NCBI GenBank assembly: GCA_047602425.1
Contig: JASGHG010000001.1
Coordinates: 736,001 to 800,000 of the forward strand
Direction of reading: 5' to 3'
Source of the DNA: Nibricoccus sp.
GTDB taxonomy: Bacteria > Verrucomicrobiota > Verrucomicrobiia > Opitutales > Opitutaceae
DNA: 64,000 nucleotides
The position numbers were made by a program, and so were the translations under genes. The notes under the pieces are model-generated. The model was not told the DNA's origin, did no database searches, and saw only the letters and a program-made list of their open reading frames with translations. Shown here piece after piece: positions 19,388 through 29,305 of the stretch (positions within the stretch are counted from its first letter, which is position 1; each line of letters starts with the position of its first letter).

Positions 19388-20067
19388 ATGCTGCCAAACC
19401 TCCTGCTTCCACCCAAGTTCCTCTCAATCGCTGCGTTCGCGGTACCGCGCTCGCCTTCACGGGCTGTTCCCATCGTCCGCCGATGGAAAGAACCGGCGGC
19501 GAGCCAAGCGCCGCGGCGATTCCAAACATGACGGCGCAAACGAGTTTCTTCGATGGCAAGTTGCTCGTGGAAGCCAATCTCGGCCGGGGTTTTAGCGGTC
19601 GCGGCCTGGGTGGCGGCCCGGGCGGAAATCGCGGCGGACCGGAAGGTCGGGGCGGACGCCGAGGCGGCGGTGGCATGCGGATGGGCGGTGGTCCCGGTGG
19701 CCCGGGCCCCGGCGGCGAAATGGGCGGCGTTCCTGGCGGTGGCGGCATGGCCGGGCCGGTCATGCATGAGAGCAATCAACCTCCCGTCGCCTTGCGCCTG
19801 CGGTTAACCAACAAGAGCAAGGAAACGCTCGAAGTGACTTTTGCGCTGTGCAAATCCGAGCTGGGCGATTTTGCCGTGCGACCGGAAAAACTCGCGCTCG
19901 CGCCCGAACAAACCGCCGAGCCCGAACCGATGACCTCGCGCTTGGGGATCCCCTCCGACGAACTCATACTGCGCGTGGGCTTGCGGACAGGCGGTAAGAC
20001 CGAGCAGCAAGACCTCGTGTTGCGAAAAAGCGATTTAAACGAACCAGCCGTGACGCCTAAGCCTTGA
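19388..20067 (+). CDS. Gly-rich probable lipoprotein; signal peptide interrupted by an apparent 1-nt frameshift near 19441
   Basis: ATG 19388 reads MLPNLLLPPKFLSIAAFA. The -1 frame continues GTALAFTGC (lipobox) into the 19483..20067 ORF, which has a long Gly/Arg/Pro low-complexity tract. Confidence 0.6.
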
Positions 20068-20126
20068 CAAAAAACGAGATATCCGCGCCCAGCACAGCGC
20101 CACGGCTGGGCTGCGGCGCATCTGCC

Positions 20127-21779
20127 TTATTTCAATAAGACCTTGTAGACGATCGTATGCGCGTGAGGCCCCGACATCTTTGTCGGCGGCGCGATAATCA
20201 AACCGTGCACCGTCTGCGACCACACCAAAGTCTCGTCGCTGCCGAGCACGGTCACGCCGGCCACTGTCGGTCCGTACTGGTTCGTGTCGTTGCCCATTGA
20301 TTTGATATTGGTCGCATCCTTCGGCACGCCCATCTGAATAATGTAAATCACGTCTCCTTTTTGCGTGAAACGTACATCCTCAGAGGTCAAAGGCTTGCCC
20401 TTGCCCTCATTGAAACCTTGGGCGTTGAGCGGCGCGGCGCCGGTCAGGGCAGGTCCTTCGCCGCAGATTTTCCACGGCCGGGTATCGAAAATACATTCAC
20501 GATTTATAGCCATCCAACCAGCGATGTCTTCCAGAATGGCCACTTCGTCTGCGTCAATCGTGCCGTCGCCACGCACCGGCACGCTCAGGAGCAAATTGCC
20601 GTTTTTGCTCACTACATCCGCAAGCGTCTGAATAATCGTCTTCGCCGTCTTGTAGCGGTGTTTTTCAAAAAGACTGCGGTCGTAATGCCAGCCGCCGAGA
20701 CAAGTGTCGCACTGCCACGGGAGCGGTTCGATGACGTTGCTCTGCCCGCGCTCGATGTCCCAAACCATGCATTTGCGCTGTTGCTCGTTGAGCACCTTTC
20801 CGAAGAGCACGCCCTCCAACTTGCCGCCGTTCGCCTCCATGTTGGAATTATAGAAATGCGCGGCAATTTTCAGTCCCACGTCGCTGATCGGATGCAGCGG
20901 GAGCGCAGTGTCGTCGAAATAAATCAGATCGGGCTGCACCTGGTTGATTAGATCTACCGTGCGGTTGTAGAAACGCTGACAATAGGCGGCGTCGGGCACG
21001 CTCGCGCCGTTGCCCCAATCCCATTGTTTGTGCAGCATTTTCGGGTCGTCGGCACCCTGGCTGCGCGTGTGGTTTTGTGCGTAAAGATCCTGCGGATTGA
21101 GCCCGTCCCACCATTGGCCTTTGCCCTCGGCCGCAGTCAGTTTGCCATCATAAGGCACGCCGGCCAGCGCGCCTTTTTTGTCGGCGGATTGGGAAAATTC
21201 ATACCACGTCCACGCGTGAGCCGCATGCACGCTCACCCCGAAACGAAGGCCTTGCGCGCGAGCAGCCTTCGCCCAGCCAGCGATGATATCCTTCTTCGGG
21301 CCGATCCGCGTGGAGTTCCAAGGCTGGTATTTCGAATTCCAGAGATCGAAATTATCGTGGTGATTCGCCATCGCAAAAAAATACTGCGCCCCCACCCTTT
21401 TATAGAGCGCGAGAAGTTTTTCCGGCTCCCATTTGTCCGCCTTCCAGGAATTGATCACGTCCTTGAAGCCCATTTTCGACGGAGGGCCGTAGTTCTGGAC
21501 GTGCCACAGATTCTGTCGGTGCCCCTCCACATACATGTAACGTCCATACCAATCCCCCTGCTCGGGCTGGCACTGCGGTCCCCAGTGCGCCCAAATTCCG
21601 AATTTCGCGTCGCGAAACCACTCGGGCACCTCGTATTGCTGCAACGAGGCCCAGGTCGGGTCGAATTTACCGGTTTGCATCGGTTCGTCCGCATGGACAA
21701 ACGTCGGCGCAAAAAACATTGCCATGCTGAAAAGCGACAGCATGGCTGCCGCTCGTGGAGATGCACAGAAGCTGGTCAT
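20127..21779 (-). CDS. Alpha-L-fucosidase, GH29
   Basis: PEWFRDAKFGIWAHWG, ANHHDNFDLWNS, LIYFDD nucleophile region, VSKNGNLLL, signal peptide. Confidence 0.9.
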   Translation of the reverse strand: MTSFCASPRAAAMLSLFSMAMFFAPTFVHADEPMQTGKFDPTWASLQQYEVPEWFRDAKFGIWAHWGPQCQPEQGDWYGRYMYVEGHRQNLWHVQNYGPPSKMGFKDVINSWKADKWEPEKLLALYKRVGAQYFFAMANHHDNFDLWNSKYQPWNSTRIGPKKDIIAGWAKAARAQGLRFGVSVHAAHAWTWYEFSQSADKKGALAGVPYDGKLTAAEGKGQWWDGLNPQDLYAQNHTRSQGADDPKMLHKQWDWGNGASVPDAAYCQRFYNRTVDLINQVQPDLIYFDDTALPLHPISDVGLKIAAHFYNSNMEANGGKLEGVLFGKVLNEQQRKCMVWDIERGQSNVIEPLPWQCDTCLGGWHYDRSLFEKHRYKTAKTIIQTLADVVSKNGNLLLSVPVRGDGTIDADEVAILEDIAGWMAINRECIFDTRPWKICGEGPALTGAAPLNAQGFNEGKGKPLTSEDVRFTQKGDVIYIIQMGVPKDATNIKSMGNDTNQYGPTVAGVTVLGSDETLVWSQTVHGLIIAPPTKMSGPHAHTIVYKVLLK

Positions 21780-21829
21780 ATGTTGGAGCCCCTAGACAGT
21801 CCCCCCGCCGAACGAGTTCCAGCCTACAA

Positions 21830-23950
21830 TTAATCTGACCGTTCGATTAAAACCGCGGCATGATGAGCTATTTTCGGAGTGCAAAGGCGCAATATACCCC
21901 CGTTGTGCGAAATTGCCTGATTTACATCCGGTTTACCCGTCAAAGTGTCCCACCAAGTCACGCGCCATTGCCCTGCAGGCAGGTCGTCAACCAGCACGAT
22001 GCCGCTGACTGCCCGCGCTGTTTTACCCGCAAACACACCCCGACGATTCCACAGCCACAGTGCGACGAAGCGATCGTTGCGTTGTCCGACCGCCGCGAGC
22101 ACGGACTGTTCGAGGTCAAAATCGATCTCCGCCAGATCGAACCAACCCGTATCGGCAGGATTTTCGACGACCAGCGTGTGCTCGCCTGCCGGAACGGCGG
22201 CGACAATGTCAGGCTGCGGCCGCGGACCATTCTTTGGCGGCGTGTCTTTCGGCGGTTCGGGCCACGTCATCTCCGCCGCAACAACGCCGTCGATGGAAAA
22301 ACGAAATCCGCTCGCCCGCTGGGCGGAATCCGCGATGCGAAAACGCAGCGTCAAAGGCTTCGGCAAATTGACGTGGTAGGTCGCCCGGTTGGGAAAACCA
22401 TTTTTGGTAGTTTCCTCGCGATTCATATAGATGCGCGGTATGTCGGGTAGCCCGAGCGGTTCCCGGCCGTCGAGCGGCAGGTTCATTTCTGGTGGAGGTA
22501 AACGATGCCACATATGTCCTCCTGCAAGTACGAGGGGAACACGCTCTTCGCATTCCACAACCATCTCACAGGGCGTAAGCCCCGCGCATCGATATAATCC
22601 AGACGCTTGGAGAAATCGTGCGACAGCGCCAAGCTCGGCTAAGCGCTCTTTTTTGATCAGTTCGCTGCCTAACCAAACCTGTGCGGGAAAATATCCCTGC
22701 CCCATCAATCCGGACCAAACCGGCGGGACAATTGTAACACCGGATTTTTTCACCTCATCCGAAACTTGCAGGTGATCGTCGCCCATTTCGCCGTAAAAGG
22801 CCGGCTTCGTCAGACGTCCCGGTTCGGGAACAAACTTTCGCGCGCCTGCGAGCAGATTGGGCGCATAGAGATGCGGCTGAAAATAATCCATGTCGGCATA
22901 AACGGGGCTGTTGAAATCCTCCGTGCTGGTGGTCACCAAATGCCCGTATCGATCGATGGAGCGCAGGTAACCCGCCATCAGCGAATGCCAGCGCGCAACA
23001 GCTTCTTCGTTTTTGTTTTCCCCACGCATGGCGTCCGTCCAATGCACCTCGTTGAAAAGCTCCCAACACATCAACGCAGGAGAATACCCCCAGCGTGCGA
23101 CTATATAGCGGTATTTCTGCATCGTCAGCTGAATCGCTTCCGGGGACGTGAAAAATTCGACGGGCGTGTTGAGAAATCCCCCATTGGCGACGTTCCAAGG
23201 ATTATCTTTCCAGTTGGAATTCACCTCGGTGCTGTACTGGCCGTGGTGTTGAAGCACCATTTGGAAATACACGCCCTTCTTTTCCGCTGTCTCGAAAATT
23301 TCGTCCCATTTCTCCGCCACTCGCAGATCAAGTTCGACGCCGCGTGGCGAGGGTCCACGCCTTTCGGACGGCCAGTCCAAATTTAGCCCACCCCAATGAG
23401 ACATCCACACGCGCGTCCAATTAAGCCCATTGCGGGAAAATGCCTCAAAGGCGCGGCGATAGAATCGTAGGCCGCTGGCGTCCGGCCAGGCGAGATTGGC
23501 GCCCAGAGGAACGAACCTTTCACCAGAACTTAAAACGAAACGCCGCGGGTCAACTGGATCGATTTTAATGCCGGGCCGAAGCTCCGCCGCGCGAATGTCT
23601 TTTTGCCGTGAGCCGCGGACGTCGCTTACGAGTTCCACCGAGCTTTCGCCACGGGTTTCAGTGATTTTCCCGAGTTCATATTGGCCAGCGCTATCGGCGC
23701 GGGCCCGCACCGCATAGCGGTTGTTACCAACATAGAACGCCGGATGATTAATCACGCGCCCCGATGGCAGTGTGACCTCCGCCCAGATTTCGCGCGCAAA
23801 CGGATTTGCCTCCGACGGCGAAACCTTGAACTCGAACTCGACCGGACGCGCATTCAATGCCACCGCAAAATATAAAAACGCCGCGATGCGCAGCGGCCAA
23901 AACAAAGAGCGTCGGCAATTGCGATGCACTAAACTGCGGGACTCGGCCAT
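21830..23950 (-). CDS. Secreted clan GH-A (GH5-like) glycoside hydrolase with N-terminal DUF5060-like domain
   Basis: NPF..EIWAEVTLPSG N-terminal domain, RYIVARWGYSP...WELFNEV (acid/base), HLY, FYGEMG (nucleophile). Start placed at 23950, downstream of the terminator hairpin. Confidence 0.7.
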   Translation of the reverse strand: MAESRSLVHRNCRRSLFWPLRIAAFLYFAVALNARPVEFEFKVSPSEANPFAREIWAEVTLPSGRVINHPAFYVGNNRYAVRARADSAGQYELGKITETRGESSVELVSDVRGSRQKDIRAAELRPGIKIDPVDPRRFVLSSGERFVPLGANLAWPDASGLRFYRRAFEAFSRNGLNWTRVWMSHWGGLNLDWPSERRGPSPRGVELDLRVAEKWDEIFETAEKKGVYFQMVLQHHGQYSTEVNSNWKDNPWNVANGGFLNTPVEFFTSPEAIQLTMQKYRYIVARWGYSPALMCWELFNEVHWTDAMRGENKNEEAVARWHSLMAGYLRSIDRYGHLVTTSTEDFNSPVYADMDYFQPHLYAPNLLAGARKFVPEPGRLTKPAFYGEMGDDHLQVSDEVKKSGVTIVPPVWSGLMGQGYFPAQVWLGSELIKKERLAELGAVARFLQASGLYRCAGLTPCEMVVECEERVPLVLAGGHMWHRLPPPEMNLPLDGREPLGLPDIPRIYMNREETTKNGFPNRATYHVNLPKPLTLRFRIADSAQRASGFRFSIDGVVAAEMTWPEPPKDTPPKNGPRPQPDIVAAVPAGEHTLVVENPADTGWFDLAEIDFDLEQSVLAAVGQRNDRFVALWLWNRRGVFAGKTARAVSGIVLVDDLPAGQWRVTWWDTLTGKPDVNQAISHNGGILRLCTPKIAHHAAVLIERSD

Positions 23951-24025
23951 AGCGGCATTTTTTTGGAAAAAGTTCAGCGATGAAGTGTCACTGAAGCGCA
24001 GTGAAACAGGCCATCTATATAAAAC

Positions 24026-24058
24026 AAGCGCCCGGTGACGGACCGTCACCGGGCGCTT
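24026..24058 (-). terminator. Intrinsic terminator/stabilising hairpin downstream of the TonB receptor
   Basis: Perfect 15-bp stem AAGCGCCCGGTGACG/CGTCACCGGGCGCTT followed by GTTTT on the minus strand. Confidence 0.75.
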
Positions 24059-24155
24059 CCCCATACTATTTCAGGGTCGAGCTGCCATCTTCAGCACGCA
24101 ACCGATACGTGCCTAGCCATTGAGCCATGGCAGCTCGAAACACACACCACACACA

Positions 24156-27100
24156 TCAGAAGTTGAAGGTATTGGTCAGCTGCCAAGTCTGGCCTTCCGC
24201 AATGCGGGTCGTGGCGACCTGACCATCCGGATTGATGGTGACGGGCACCTGCTTGGTATGCTCAGTGAGATTGCGGATATTGAGTTGGATATTCCAATCG
24301 ACCTTCTTTCCGAGCCTCCGACTGTAACCGAGCCAGATGTCAACATGCTCGTCGGTCGGTCCATGAAATGGGCGATTGGCATCGAGGGCATTGTAATCTT
24401 TCTGACCGTTTGCCAGACGTTTGAAGTCATAACCGAGGACGCGTTTACCTTCCCAACGATAACCACCACCAACATAGACCCCTTTAAGGATGCCCCTGTC
24501 AAAGGCGTAGGTGGAAATACCGTTTAAACGCCATTCGGGAATTTCGGGCACCTGCTGGCCGACTTGCGAAGTTAAGGTGCTGTATGGAGCAAGGATGTTC
24601 ACACGCCAAGCATCGCGGAACGTGTCGCCACCCCAGAGACGAACCAAACCGGCATCGCCAGCGAGGAACTTGGTGTAATCATTGATCCATTGAACGATTG
24701 AAGGGCTGATCGCCGTGTACTTGGCATCGGTTTTAGCCGCATTCAACGTAAGGTTCCAGTTATTCGTCGGTTTGGCAGTGAGTTCAATTTCAATGCCTTT
24801 TGAGATCGTATCAACCGTCGCCACCGGACCATTGCCGGTCGATTTGAGCGTGCCGTTGTAAGCGGGCTGCAATCCAAGACCGCTGGCGCCGCTGCCGCCA
24901 TCTGCAATGGAACCAGAGCCATATTGAGGTACAGCGAGATACCAATCGGCTTCATTATTCGAATGCATTTTTGCAACGTTCAAACCCAAGCCATATTCAT
25001 CCGCAAATTTCTGGGAGAGCGGGAACTTGGTAAAGAAGTCTGTAACGATGGTTCGAATACGGTTCGGATCGGAATCGATACCATTCCAAGGCCAGCCCCA
25101 ATTACCCTGACGGCGCTGCGGAGTGGCAATACCGTCAAGCGCGGCAAGCGAGTGCGTGGCTTCCCAATAAGGAAGCGCCCAAGCATAGTACAACGTGCTG
25201 GAGAAACCAGCACTGTCAGCTTGCAACGTCGCATCCTTCATTCTCGTCTCATAGCGATTGACCTTCAGGACAATGCGGTCATCCAGCGTCGAAATAACGA
25301 TACCAAAATCCTTGGTTTTACCCGTCGGATTATTGATCAAGTTGCCGAAGATGTCACCACGCGGAACGTCGAGTTGGAAGTTCTGGGAATTATTATAGAA
25401 GAAGCTCAGACGGGTTTTACCAGGCATTTTGTCACTCAGCCATTTCGGGCTGTGAATAACAAAGCCCCAGCTCTTGGTAGTTTCTTCCGCTGTCACTGGG
25501 GGCTTACCATCCGAGTCCGCACTGTAGTTTTGGATCGCAACACCATAAAGGTCCTTAGGCGCCTGCGAATTATAGTTAGAGACCTTATCTTTGCGCCAGC
25601 CGAAGACCGGGATTATATTGCCGTCCCACAAATAACCCTGCCATGTGAATGCTTGGGAGCTAATTATATTGCGGGTTTTGGAGCCGGCAGTCCAAAGGGA
25701 TTCCAAGTCACTAGAATTATCGGCGTTGAGAATGCGAAAGTTACCGGACCTCCAACCCACATAATTAGCCGGGTTCTCCGCTTGTGTAACGGTAAAACCG
25801 ACCGGCGTACCAGAGCTGTCGTTTTCATAATAGGTATATGGATCATTCGGGTTCACACTGGGGGCATTCCAGTGGGAATCATAGTAACGTACTTGTTGGT
25901 AACCGACGGGGTTGATAATTGTGTTAACGTTACTGAGGCCGATACCGCTCGCAGTATTACGCCCCCGCAGATCGGGGCCAATATATGCGATCCAATCGAT
26001 GGCGCGGGAACCACTCGTAATATTTGCATTATTCGTGATTGGGCTCTGTGCTGCGGCCCAGTCCGGCTCGGAGGCCCAGCGCGCGAAGTTGCGGTAATCC
26101 ATCCGCTTGCGATCCTGCGAAACAAGGCCAGTCAATACATGGCGGCCGAGGATGCGAGTGAGCAGGGATTTCTGCATGAAATCGTCGAAACGGATGTCGC
26201 CCATCACGGTGAATCGCCAATTGTCGCGATCGATATAGTTCTTCGAGTTATTATACTGACCACTGTTGCCTACATACGGGCGACCCACGTTAGGGTTTGG
26301 CGAGCCGTCGAGCAAATGCGTGTTCAGATCCACGCTAATCGAGTATTGATCACCATTGAGGAAAGCATATTGGCCGTCGTCATAACGCTGGCCGAAATAT
26401 GCGTATTCAAAGCCCAAGCGATCATTAAAGAAAGTTTGCGAAATCGAAAGATTGGCCGCTTTCCAGTTTTGCCATTCGCGCTTGTTGTCGCCATCCATCA
26501 ACTTGTGATAGAAATCAAAGATTCCGGGATCACGCAGAGATTTGTTGCCGAAAAATGCGCCGCCAGGAACCCATCCTGAGGCCGCATAGGCATGATAAGT
26601 CGCGATGCCATAGGGGCGCGCGAAAGGAATACCGCTGATCGTACCGTCAACTGCGCCACTGGAATTGATACCAAAGCCGGTACCAACCGTACCCATGCGG
26701 CTATAAAGCAGGCGATTTCCGCCACCGCTTGTGGCAGCGTAGGCATTGTAATAATTCGCAATAGTGGAACCAAACAAACGACCCATCGCGGCTTCGCGGA
26801 ACCAAGGGTAGGTATTATTCGGATAGATTGGATTATTACCATATTGATTCCAAGACGTGTTGGGATTCACCGTTAGCTGGTTCATATCCGTGAACCAAGG
26901 GGTGATTGAATCGATGGGAGCGAGCGAACGTGGACGGTTTGCCATTACTTTGCCCGTTTCGAAATTGGCTTTCACCGACGTGGCGCCTCCTTCGAAGATT
27001 TGCGGATCCCAGCGGCCAGCGACAAAAATGCGGCGATCATTATTAAACGCCGGATTCTGTTCGAACTTACTCTTGTCGTCCATGCCCGTGACACGGAGCG

Positions 27101-27809
27101 ACAGCTCCTTAGGCAAGAGTACATAATTAATATCAAGCTCATGCCGCTGGGAGTTATATTGGTCCAAGCGGAACGAATACTTGTTGGCGTTTTTAAAAGT
27201 AGCGCCATTGATGCTCGTATTAATGATACCTGCAGGACTGCCCGCACCGAAAAGGATCGAATTCGGACCGCGCTGCATATCAACACGACCTGTGTTATAA
27301 CCGTCCCACGGAATATCGGTTAAGAAGAATTCGCGTGTATTATCAGCCTGCGCCAAACCACGGACACGGGTGGCGTTATTAGGGCGCAAAAGGTTCAAAT
27401 TCTCATTGTAGGTCAGTCCACCGCCCGTTCCGGCATAGTTGCCTTTGACGCCTGACACTTCGGTACTCGTGGTGTAAACAAGCAAATCCTGAGAGTTTTT
27501 CGCGCCCGTATCCTTGAGGAATTGGGACGTCACGATTGAAATCGCAGATGGCAAATCATTCACATCCGTACGAACACGGGTGCCGGCAAGCGTGCTCTTC
27601 GCGCGGTACGAGTCCTTGTCCTCGGCTGCTTCCACAGTAAATGGAGACAAAACTAGAATTTCTTCTTCGTCTTCCGCCGCGACCGATGCTTTCCTATCGG
27701 TAGTGGTTGGTTCCGACGCGGGCGTCTGTCCAAAAGCGCTCGGTATATAGACGAGCGCGGATACGAGGGCGGCGTACAATGCACCGCCAGCTGGCAGTTT
27801 CCTGATCAT
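24156..27809 (-). CDS. TonB-dependent outer membrane receptor (oligosaccharide uptake)
   Basis: Signal peptide, LVLSPFTV TonB-box region, plug motifs (RVRGL, RVDMQRGPNSILFGAGSPAGIIN), alternating beta-strand pattern, C-terminal Phe. Confidence 0.9.
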   Translation of the reverse strand: MIRKLPAGGALYAALVSALVYIPSAFGQTPASEPTTTDRKASVAAEDEEEILVLSPFTVEAAEDKDSYRAKSTLAGTRVRTDVNDLPSAISIVTSQFLKDTGAKNSQDLLVYTTSTEVSGVKGNYAGTGGGLTYNENLNLLRPNNATRVRGLAQADNTREFFLTDIPWDGYNTGRVDMQRGPNSILFGAGSPAGIINTSINGATFKNANKYSFRLDQYNSQRHELDINYVLLPKELSLRVTGMDDKSKFEQNPAFNNDRRIFVAGRWDPQIFEGGATSVKANFETGKVMANRPRSLAPIDSITPWFTDMNQLTVNPNTSWNQYGNNPIYPNNTYPWFREAAMGRLFGSTIANYYNAYAATSGGGNRLLYSRMGTVGTGFGINSSGAVDGTISGIPFARPYGIATYHAYAASGWVPGGAFFGNKSLRDPGIFDFYHKLMDGDNKREWQNWKAANLSISQTFFNDRLGFEYAYFGQRYDDGQYAFLNGDQYSISVDLNTHLLDGSPNPNVGRPYVGNSGQYNNSKNYIDRDNWRFTVMGDIRFDDFMQKSLLTRILGRHVLTGLVSQDRKRMDYRNFARWASEPDWAAAQSPITNNANITSGSRAIDWIAYIGPDLRGRNTASGIGLSNVNTIINPVGYQQVRYYDSHWNAPSVNPNDPYTYYENDSSGTPVGFTVTQAENPANYVGWRSGNFRILNADNSSDLESLWTAGSKTRNIISSQAFTWQGYLWDGNIIPVFGWRKDKVSNYNSQAPKDLYGVAIQNYSADSDGKPPVTAEETTKSWGFVIHSPKWLSDKMPGKTRLSFFYNNSQNFQLDVPRGDIFGNLINNPTGKTKDFGIVISTLDDRIVLKVNRYETRMKDATLQADSAGFSSTLYYAWALPYWEATHSLAALDGIATPQRRQGNWGWPWNGIDSDPNRIRTIVTDFFTKFPLSQKFADEYGLGLNVAKMHSNNEADWYLAVPQYGSGSIADGGSGASGLGLQPAYNGTLKSTGNGPVATVDTISKGIEIELTAKPTNNWNLTLNAAKTDAKYTAISPSIVQWINDYTKFLAGDAGLVRLWGGDTFRDAWRVNILAPYSTLTSQVGQQVPEIPEWRLNGISTYAFDRGILKGVYVGGGYRWEGKRVLGYDFKRLANGQKDYNALDANRPFHGPTDEHVDIWLGYSRRLGKKVDWNIQLNIRNLTEHTKQVPVTINPDGQVATTRIAEGQTWQLTNTFNF

Positions 27810-27905
27810 GGGGATTCCGGGTTTATGGGAGGTTTGCTTAGGGATCCGGTCACAAATGTGCCGGAGGGGGTGATGCACTTTGAAAATACGCTTTTTAGAC
27901 TCGGC

Positions 27906-27921
27906 TGTGAATGAGTTCACT
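27906..27921. promoter_or_regulatory. CRP-family-like operator upstream of the TonB receptor
   Basis: TGTGA-ATGAGT-TCACT, 9/10 match to TGTGA-N6-TCACA, about 100 bp upstream of the start codon. Confidence 0.35.
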
Positions 27922-28039
27922 TGCCCGGCAATTAAGATTTCTTGCCGGTCGTAGATTTTCTAATCAACCGTGTAAATCGCGGCCGTTACAGAGCCAAAAT
28001 CGGGGTTTCTGACAAAACATCCTTGAGCGCACAGGCACT

Positions 28040-29263
28040 TCAAACGGCCTTCTTTTGATTCTTTTTGCGATATTCGCCGGGAGAGTCGCCGGTCAAACGT
28101 TTGAAAACCACGCACATGTATTCAACATACTCGAAGCCTGCCAGTTCCGCAATTTTCTTCAGCGGAAAATCCGTTTCCACCAGCAGTTGGCGAATCTTCT
28201 CGGTCTGCACGCGCCTGATTTCCGCCTGGGGGGAACGGCCAAGATAACGGCGAAATTTCTTCTCTAACTGGCTTCTAGAGGCAAAGGCCTGTTTCAACAC
28301 CTCCTCGACCGAAATGCCATGGCAGGCCCGCTCACGGATGAAGCTGAGAGCGGCGGCCACATTCTTGTCCTCGATCGCCAGCACATCGGTGGAGTGGCGG
28401 GCGGTGACGCCGATGGGTTCGATGCGGAGGTCGACCGCCCCGCAATTTTCCTTGCGCATCAGCCTGTCGAGTAGTTCGGCAGCGTGATAACCGGACTGGT
28501 AGGCGTTGGGCGCCACGCTCGAAAGTGGCGGATAAGCGAGGTCGCAGCGGATGGTATCGTTGTTGACGCCCAGCACCGCCACTTCCTCAGGCACGAGCAG
28601 GCCGGCGTTCTGTGCGGCTCCGATCACTTGGAGAGCGCGCATGTCGTTACAAGCCATCACGGCCACCGGTTTCGGCAGGCGCTTCAACCAAACTCCCAGG
28701 GCGGCAGTCTGCTTGGCATCCCAAAACGGCGTAAGATCGCCGGGATACTCGACGTCAAAAACATCGCAGGCGTGTCCGGTGAGATTGAGTCCCTCCACAA
28801 AACCGTCGCGGCGTTCGCGCGACCATCCGTTGTTCACGAAGCCACAGAAACCGAAGTTGCGAAAACCACGTTCGACGAAATGTTCGGCGCCTAGATGCCC
28901 CATGCCGACGTTATCGGGCCGGATCTTCGGCACGCCGGGAAATGGCAGCGTATCGTTGAGGTCGACGAGCGGCAGTCCGAGTTCATGGCAATTTTGCACA
29001 AGAGCAGGCGTGGTGTGGCGACTGATAACGCCGTGCCATTTTTTTTTGCGCAGCCATTGGGGATCAATTTCGGCGCGAGCTTCGTCGTCGAGAAACGCCG
29101 CCCATGGCAGGTGCGAGCGTTCGTATTGCGAAATCCCGTTGAGCATGGCGGTGCATTCCTCAAAACGGGTCATGAAAACGAGCAGAACGTGGGGGCGCAC
29201 GGGAGCACCATGGGAGGAAACCCCATTCGATGCAAGTAAAGCGGATTTGCGCGGAGCGATCAC
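28040..29263 (-). CDS. XylR-type transcriptional activator (LacI-like sensor domain + AraC HTH)
   Basis: LPKPVAVMACND, VPEEVAVLGVNND, PPLSSV and a C-terminal AraC double HTH (LKKIAELAGFEYVEYMCVVFKRLTGDSPGEYR). Start uncertain. Confidence 0.9.
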   Translation of the reverse strand: MIAPRKSALLASNGVSSHGAPVRPHVLLVFMTRFEECTAMLNGISQYERSHLPWAAFLDDEARAEIDPQWLRKKKWHGVISRHTTPALVQNCHELGLPLVDLNDTLPFPGVPKIRPDNVGMGHLGAEHFVERGFRNFGFCGFVNNGWSRERRDGFVEGLNLTGHACDVFDVEYPGDLTPFWDAKQTAALGVWLKRLPKPVAVMACNDMRALQVIGAAQNAGLLVPEEVAVLGVNNDTIRCDLAYPPLSSVAPNAYQSGYHAAELLDRLMRKENCGAVDLRIEPIGVTARHSTDVLAIEDKNVAAALSFIRERACHGISVEEVLKQAFASRSQLEKKFRRYLGRSPQAEIRRVQTEKIRQLLVETDFPLKKIAELAGFEYVEYMCVVFKRLTGDSPGEYRKKNQKKAV

Positions 29264-29305
29264 GGTGCGCAGAGAAAATCGAGCCGGTTGCGCAATGCGT
29301 CAGAG

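Noticed and set aside
19580..19760. GGC-rich repetitive DNA that might be a tandem repeat or collagen-like region
   Set aside because: Irregular Gly-rich low-complexity coding sequence without a fixed repeat unit or sustained Gly-X-Y periodicity.
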